From NCBI GenBank assembly GCA_026936335.1, contig JAPMXV010000052.1, positions 372,001 through 436,000 on the forward strand: a DNA stretch of 64,000 nt, read 5' to 3'. The DNA is from Mantamonas sphyraenae STR306. Its lineage: Eukaryota > Protista > CRuMs. Shown piece after piece: positions 59,601 through 64,000 of the stretch (positions are counted from its first letter, which is position 1; each line of letters starts with the position of its first letter). Both the position numbers and the translations under genes were made by a program. Under the pieces are notes generated by a model. It was not told the DNA's origin, searched no databases, and worked only from the letters and a program-made list of their open reading frames with translations.

Positions 59601-61671
59601 GGCCGTCCCATCCACGCCGATCGGGTAGCCCTGGCCGCGCCAGCCCGGAATGGCACGCAAGCCGCCCAGCTCGGCCGCATCCTCCAGCAGCGACAGCCAG
59701 ATCAGCTTTGTGTCCTCGTCGGGCAGGTGCAGAAGGAGCGGCTTTGCTTCGCTGTTTGCTTGCAGGCTGATGCAGTGCGGCGAGTCCACTCCTTCCGGAC
59801 TGTCCTGGATGGTGCACTGCTCCAGCAACAAAAACGTGAGCGGCGACGCGTCCTTTTCATCGCGAAACACAAACAGGTCGGACATGGCCACCACCACGAC
59901 GCGTGGGCGCAGTGTCTCCAGCTCCCCACCCTCGCAGTCGAGAACTTCGCGTGCTTCGGGCATGTCGATGTTCAGCCGCGGGTACTTGCGTGCTGCTTCT
60001 GTGTACTCGTCGGTGTAGCCTGGCACGTCCCAGTGCGACATGGAACGCCGTGCGCTCAAACGCGCATGCTCCAGGGCCAGCATCCACTCCGTCATCTCTT
60101 CCTGGTCCTTGGTGAAAATGTAGTACGTGCGACCCTTTGCGTTTTCCAGCGCAAAGCCGTGTGCACGGCTCCACTTGCGCTTGGGCTTGAACAGGCGGCA
60201 CTTGTCCACCATGATGAAGCCCAGCGGCACACGGTCTTCCTCCCGTTTGAAGTAGAACAAGTCTGAGTCCTTCAGCACAAAGTAGCGCGTTTTGATATTC
60301 TTCACGTTGCCGCCCTCCTTGTTGAGGAAGCCACTGAGGTCCGGTTTGTCGTACGTCACAGGTGGAAACTTGCCAGACGTGGAGTACTGCCGAGTCTCTG
60401 CGTTGCTGCCCATTTCTTCCGACGACGGAATGCGGTTCGTTTTGTCCGTGCCAAACAGCATGCTGCTTGCTCGTTTGAACAGCTTGGGCTTGGCCTTTGC
60501 CTTGCCATTGCCGCCGCTGCCGTCCTCCAAACTGCTCGTGTCCACAGCCGACGTGCTCTGGCTCTTGCCGCCCATCAGGCCACGTCTGTGCGCAGGCATC
60601 GACGTGGCCGACCGACCCATGCTGTTTACAGACTCCTGCTCGAGACCTGCCGATGAGGAGCTGGCCTGCTTTGGTGGCGGAAAGTCGCTCAGTTGGCCTT
60701 TGCGACGCGAGCTGGACTCAAGAGTGGTTGCAGACCGGCCCATGCCACTCGCATGCTTCATATCTTCAATCTCGCGGTTCGTAGGCACGGCCCCAGACGT
60801 GTTGAAGGTGTCTCCGAGAGCCATGGCCAGCGGATCAAAAAGCATTCCGCTTGCGGCAGCACTGCGTGTTCGTCCACTGCCATCCAGGTCCACCAGCCCG
60901 CCAAACGATGCCAGAATGTCCATTTCGTTGTCCAGTCGGTTACGCTGTTCGATGGCCGCAGGCGTGCGCGACAATCGCTTCTGCGCAAGCTGTGCTGCGC
61001 TTTGTTTGGGTTTCGAGGTTCCACCCCCGCTGCTGCTGCCGCTGCCGCCTTCCTCCTCCTCATTCTGTGCAGCCGCAGACCCGCTTGCTGGGTACCCCTC
61101 CACATCCCAGTCGCTCTGGCTCTGCACTGCGATGTCAGCATCGTTTGAAGCCGTCCGCACGGGGCAGATAAAGGAGCCATAAACACACAAAAAAGGGCTA
61201 CCCTCTCCTTCAAAATCGCCTGCCACCCTCTCTGCACCTACTCGTTGCTCCAGCTCAATTCCTGTCTGCAGTGCCAGCATCCAGTTGGTCATGTCTCGCT
61301 GCTTCTCTGTGCTGTACGTCTCGCTGGTCCCGTTGGCCAGCATGAGCACAAAACTTTTGCCCTCTGTGCCGTCCTTTGCCAGCTTTGCGCCGTCCAACAC
61401 CATGAACGCCACGGGTGTCTCGTCCTGTGCCCATGCCCCACCAGCCCCACACCCGTTTCGCAGTGTCAGACATCAAAGTGTGGCCAGCCGCCCTCTGTGT
61501 GCACCTTACCCCTTCTTGGTCAAAGACAAACAGATCCGAATCCTTCAACACGTAGTACTGCGCGGTGGCCTTGTTCTTTCGAAACAGACCGCCTGACGAT
61601 TTCGTCGTCAGCATGCCCACCATGTCCGGGCGTGTGATCTTGATCGGCGGAAGAGAGTTCTTCGATGACAT
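56624..61671 (-). CDS. Multi-PH-domain (8x) protein with three C-terminal LIM domains (apparent +1 frameshift at ~56792)
   Basis: Eight PH repeats (G.L.K...RYFVLKxSDLFxF...EWxxAL); LIM motifs CTGC..H..CSNC..CARC, CVVC..H..CDGC..CNAC and CTRC..H..CKLC..CEGC; introns ~61508-61425 and ~61243-61126. Confidence 0.88.
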
Positions 61672-61734
61672 TGGAGAGAGAGAGGTTGGATTGGAAAATG
61701 TGTTTGGGATGGCGCCATGCTCCCACTCTCATTC

Positions 61735-62277
61735 TCACACAAACTCAGCCCCAGGAAACGACAGTGGTTTTCTATGCTTCCCCTTGCCCTGCGTTTGTTT
61801 CGGATCTCCGTCATGGGACTTTGCTGGTTCGTTCTGTTCGATGATCCGCTGACGCTTGCTCGCTGCACGACATCCTTCCTTCTCGGACATTTCTCCTGAT
61901 GTCTTCTCAGTCTTGGCCTCCAGGTCCTCGCGCGTGCGTTTGCTTGAACTGTCGCTCTCTTCAAGATTCCTGACTTGTCGGTCCTTGCGCCTTCCCGCCC
62001 GTCGGCGTGCATCTCTTTCTTGCATCCTCTCCGATCGCTGCTCTTGCCGCCGAACACTCACCACCGTGGTGTTGTGGGGGTGACTGGACAGCGTGTTGGA
62101 GATGTTCTTGAGCGGGACGCGAGGGGATGTTGCAGCGGATTCCTGATCACTCACCTCCGGGTTCTCGGACGCCACAGGCCGGCTCGTACGTGCAAATGCC
62201 TCCTTCATCAACTGCAACCGTTTGCTGGGTGCACTGACATATTTGCGCGTGCGCTTCTTGCCAAACACGATGGACAT
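61735..62277 (-). CDS. Small basic/charged hypothetical protein with a D-box-like motif
   Basis: ORF of ~180 aa filling the gap between two genes; KKRTRK NLS-like motif; SPRVPLKNISN. Confidence 0.5.
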   Translation of the reverse strand: MSIVFGKKRTRKYVSAPSKRLQLMKEAFARTSRPVASENPEVSDQESAATSPRVPLKNISNTLSSHPHNTTVVSVRRQEQRSERMQERDARRRAGRRKDRQVRNLEESDSSSKRTREDLEAKTEKTSGEMSEKEGCRAASKRQRIIEQNEPAKSHDGDPKQTQGKGKHRKPLSFPGAEFV

Positions 62278-62401
62278 GGGAGATCGATGTCTCGGGTGTT
62301 TGTTTTGTCGCCGATGCGCTCCACATTGATGTCCAGTCCCCTTCCCAACGCAACACAACGCACTGCAGCACTGCAGCCTTTCCCAACATATTCCCACTCC
62401 A

Positions 62402-63865
62402 TCAAAGCACTTGCTCGGGCGTCCAGTGCCTCTGCACGTGGTATCCGTTGGCAAACGTCTGAGCGTCGACCGCTTTTCGACCGGCCACTTGCAGCTTGCT
62501 TACATGGAGCACCTGGTCGTCCGCACACTTGACCATGATGCCATTGCGTCCCTTCTCCAGCCAGAAACCTCCCGCCGGCACCTTGTCCATATCTTGATCC
62601 AACCGCTCGCCGTCCAGCACGCCACGCATGTGGTGGAACAGGATGCGTTTGTCGTTCCACTCTGTGTACACCCCGACGTTCTCCGCCAACGCGCGGAAAC
62701 GTCGAAGCAGATCAGCACCACCGCTGGCCGTAAAGTCCAGCTTGCCGTCGCTCTTCTTCACCTTGGGCGCATGGCATGCGTACTCCTCGTTCTGCTTAAA
62801 CCGCTGCTCGTAGTAGACGTCAAACGTCTGCAGCGTCTTAATCAGTGCTTGTGCTCCCTGTTCAGCAAGAAGCTCCTCCAGGGATCTGTACATGATGCCC
62901 TTTGGCACAGCCTGCTCGTGTCGTGCATCCTGTGTTAGCCTCACAGCATGGACAAGATGCATTCTTCGCTTTTGCTGTTGCTTACCCTTCTCTCTTGGTA
63001 CAGCACTTCGCCTGCATCGAAGCGTTCTGCGCGATGATGACACCGTGTGTCGTGTCAGCAAACAATCACGTGCACCTCCCACACAGTGCTTGAGGCGACC
63101 CAAACATGGCGCTTGTTGCACATGTTCAAGGCACGCGTCGCTGGTGTGGGCCTGCATACACACTTACGTGGGTCGAGGGTGATGATGGAGACCCCGGTCT
63201 CCTCGTCGCCGTTCAGCAGGGTGTGGTAGATGGGCGCTGGGCCGCGATAACGGGGCAGCAGGGACGGATGCATGTTGATGCCTTTCCAGGGGAGCTGGGC
63301 GAGCACAGCAGGCGGCACAAAATAGCCAAACGAGACGACGACGGCGAGGTCGAATCCCATGCTCCCTCCGCTGCCGCATACAAACGGGACATACCAGTCC
63401 TTAAATCCCTCCGAGGTCGCTGGCATGGAATGCACCGTCAATCCCATCGACAGGGCCTCCACTTTGAGATGGCCTACGCTCATGCGCATGCCTCTGCCCT
63501 TGGGTTTGTCCTGCGGGCAAACGACCTCCAAGCGCCCCACCACTCCCCTCGCTCGCTGCTGCTCCGCATGCAGTGCTCGAAGCGACGCCGCACTCACGTT
63601 GTCCGACCCAAAGAACAGGACGTTCCACTTGGACGGCGTGTGCTTGGCAAACGAGTCCAACTCCATGCGGCACGTCCGCGTGCCGCGTGCAAACATCCCT
63701 TGCCTCGAAAAAAAGCTTTTGTTTTTGTGATGCACACTGTATTTTGCAAATGAGTGCGCGCAAGCGCAGCGAGTACACACAGAGCTTGTAGTGTCAGTGA
63801 CTGCATGTGTGTGGGTTTGCGCACAGACTTGACTTACCATTATGCTTCGTCCCAATGGTGGACAT
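62402..63865 (-). CDS. MTFMT: Methionyl-tRNA formyltransferase, mitochondrial
   Basis: VLFFGSD, DKPKGRG, FDLAVVVSFG, INMHPSLLPRYRGPAPI, RFDAGEVL (micro-exon ~63025-62985), HAPKV and LQVAGRK; 5' start uncertain. Confidence 0.92.
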
Positions 63866-64000
63866 GCGCGTGCGCCCGCGTGTTCGCGGGCGCACGCGCA
63901 TGTCCACCGCGTCTCCGCTTGGGACTCACGATTTCTTATCTTGCGCGGAATGAAGACCGCCCAGAAGTGGACCATGATGTTTCCATCACGGCCTGATGAT

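Noticed and set aside
61126-61243. Apparent insert in the PH-LIM ORF
   Set aside because: It has gtaggt...ctgac...cag signals and a T-rich composition; best explained as a stop-free intron, with approximate boundaries.
1-64000. CRISPR arrays, transposons, rRNA/tRNA genes, prokaryotic operons or defence systems
   Set aside because: No regularly spaced repeats, transposase/RT motifs, terminal repeats or cloverleafs seen by eye; the window is almost fully tiled by intron-containing eukaryotic genes.

Overview
Gene-dense, GC-rich eukaryotic nuclear DNA with short spliceosomal introns. It is probably from a flagellated protist, given the PPIL6-like cyclophilin, AP-4, Integrator, BIRC6 and P2X genes; the taxon cannot be determined from sequence alone. 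About 27 protein-coding genes are packed with spacers often under 100 bp. Recognisable genes are MSH3 (runs off the left end), a membrane patatin-like lipase, an LRR protein, AP-4 sigma, an SDR, a PPIL6-like cyclophilin fused to two guanylate kinases, a giant BIRC6-like E2, coronin, a BTB protein, NSDHL, a bacterial-type NOX/ferric reductase, COQ4, a triple-CDGSH protein, a P2X receptor, PGM2, MGAT1, INTS14, a 4x6TM pseudo-cyclase, a kelch protein, CWC21, an 8xPH-3xLIM protein and methionyl-tRNA formyltransferase. I found no RNA genes, transposons or CRISPR arrays. The most unusual items are several odd domain architectures, an orphan ORF that captured a piece of its neighbour, and six same-direction (+1) frameshifts in otherwise intact genes, most likely sequencing error. 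All family calls are from motif recognition by eye, not database searches.
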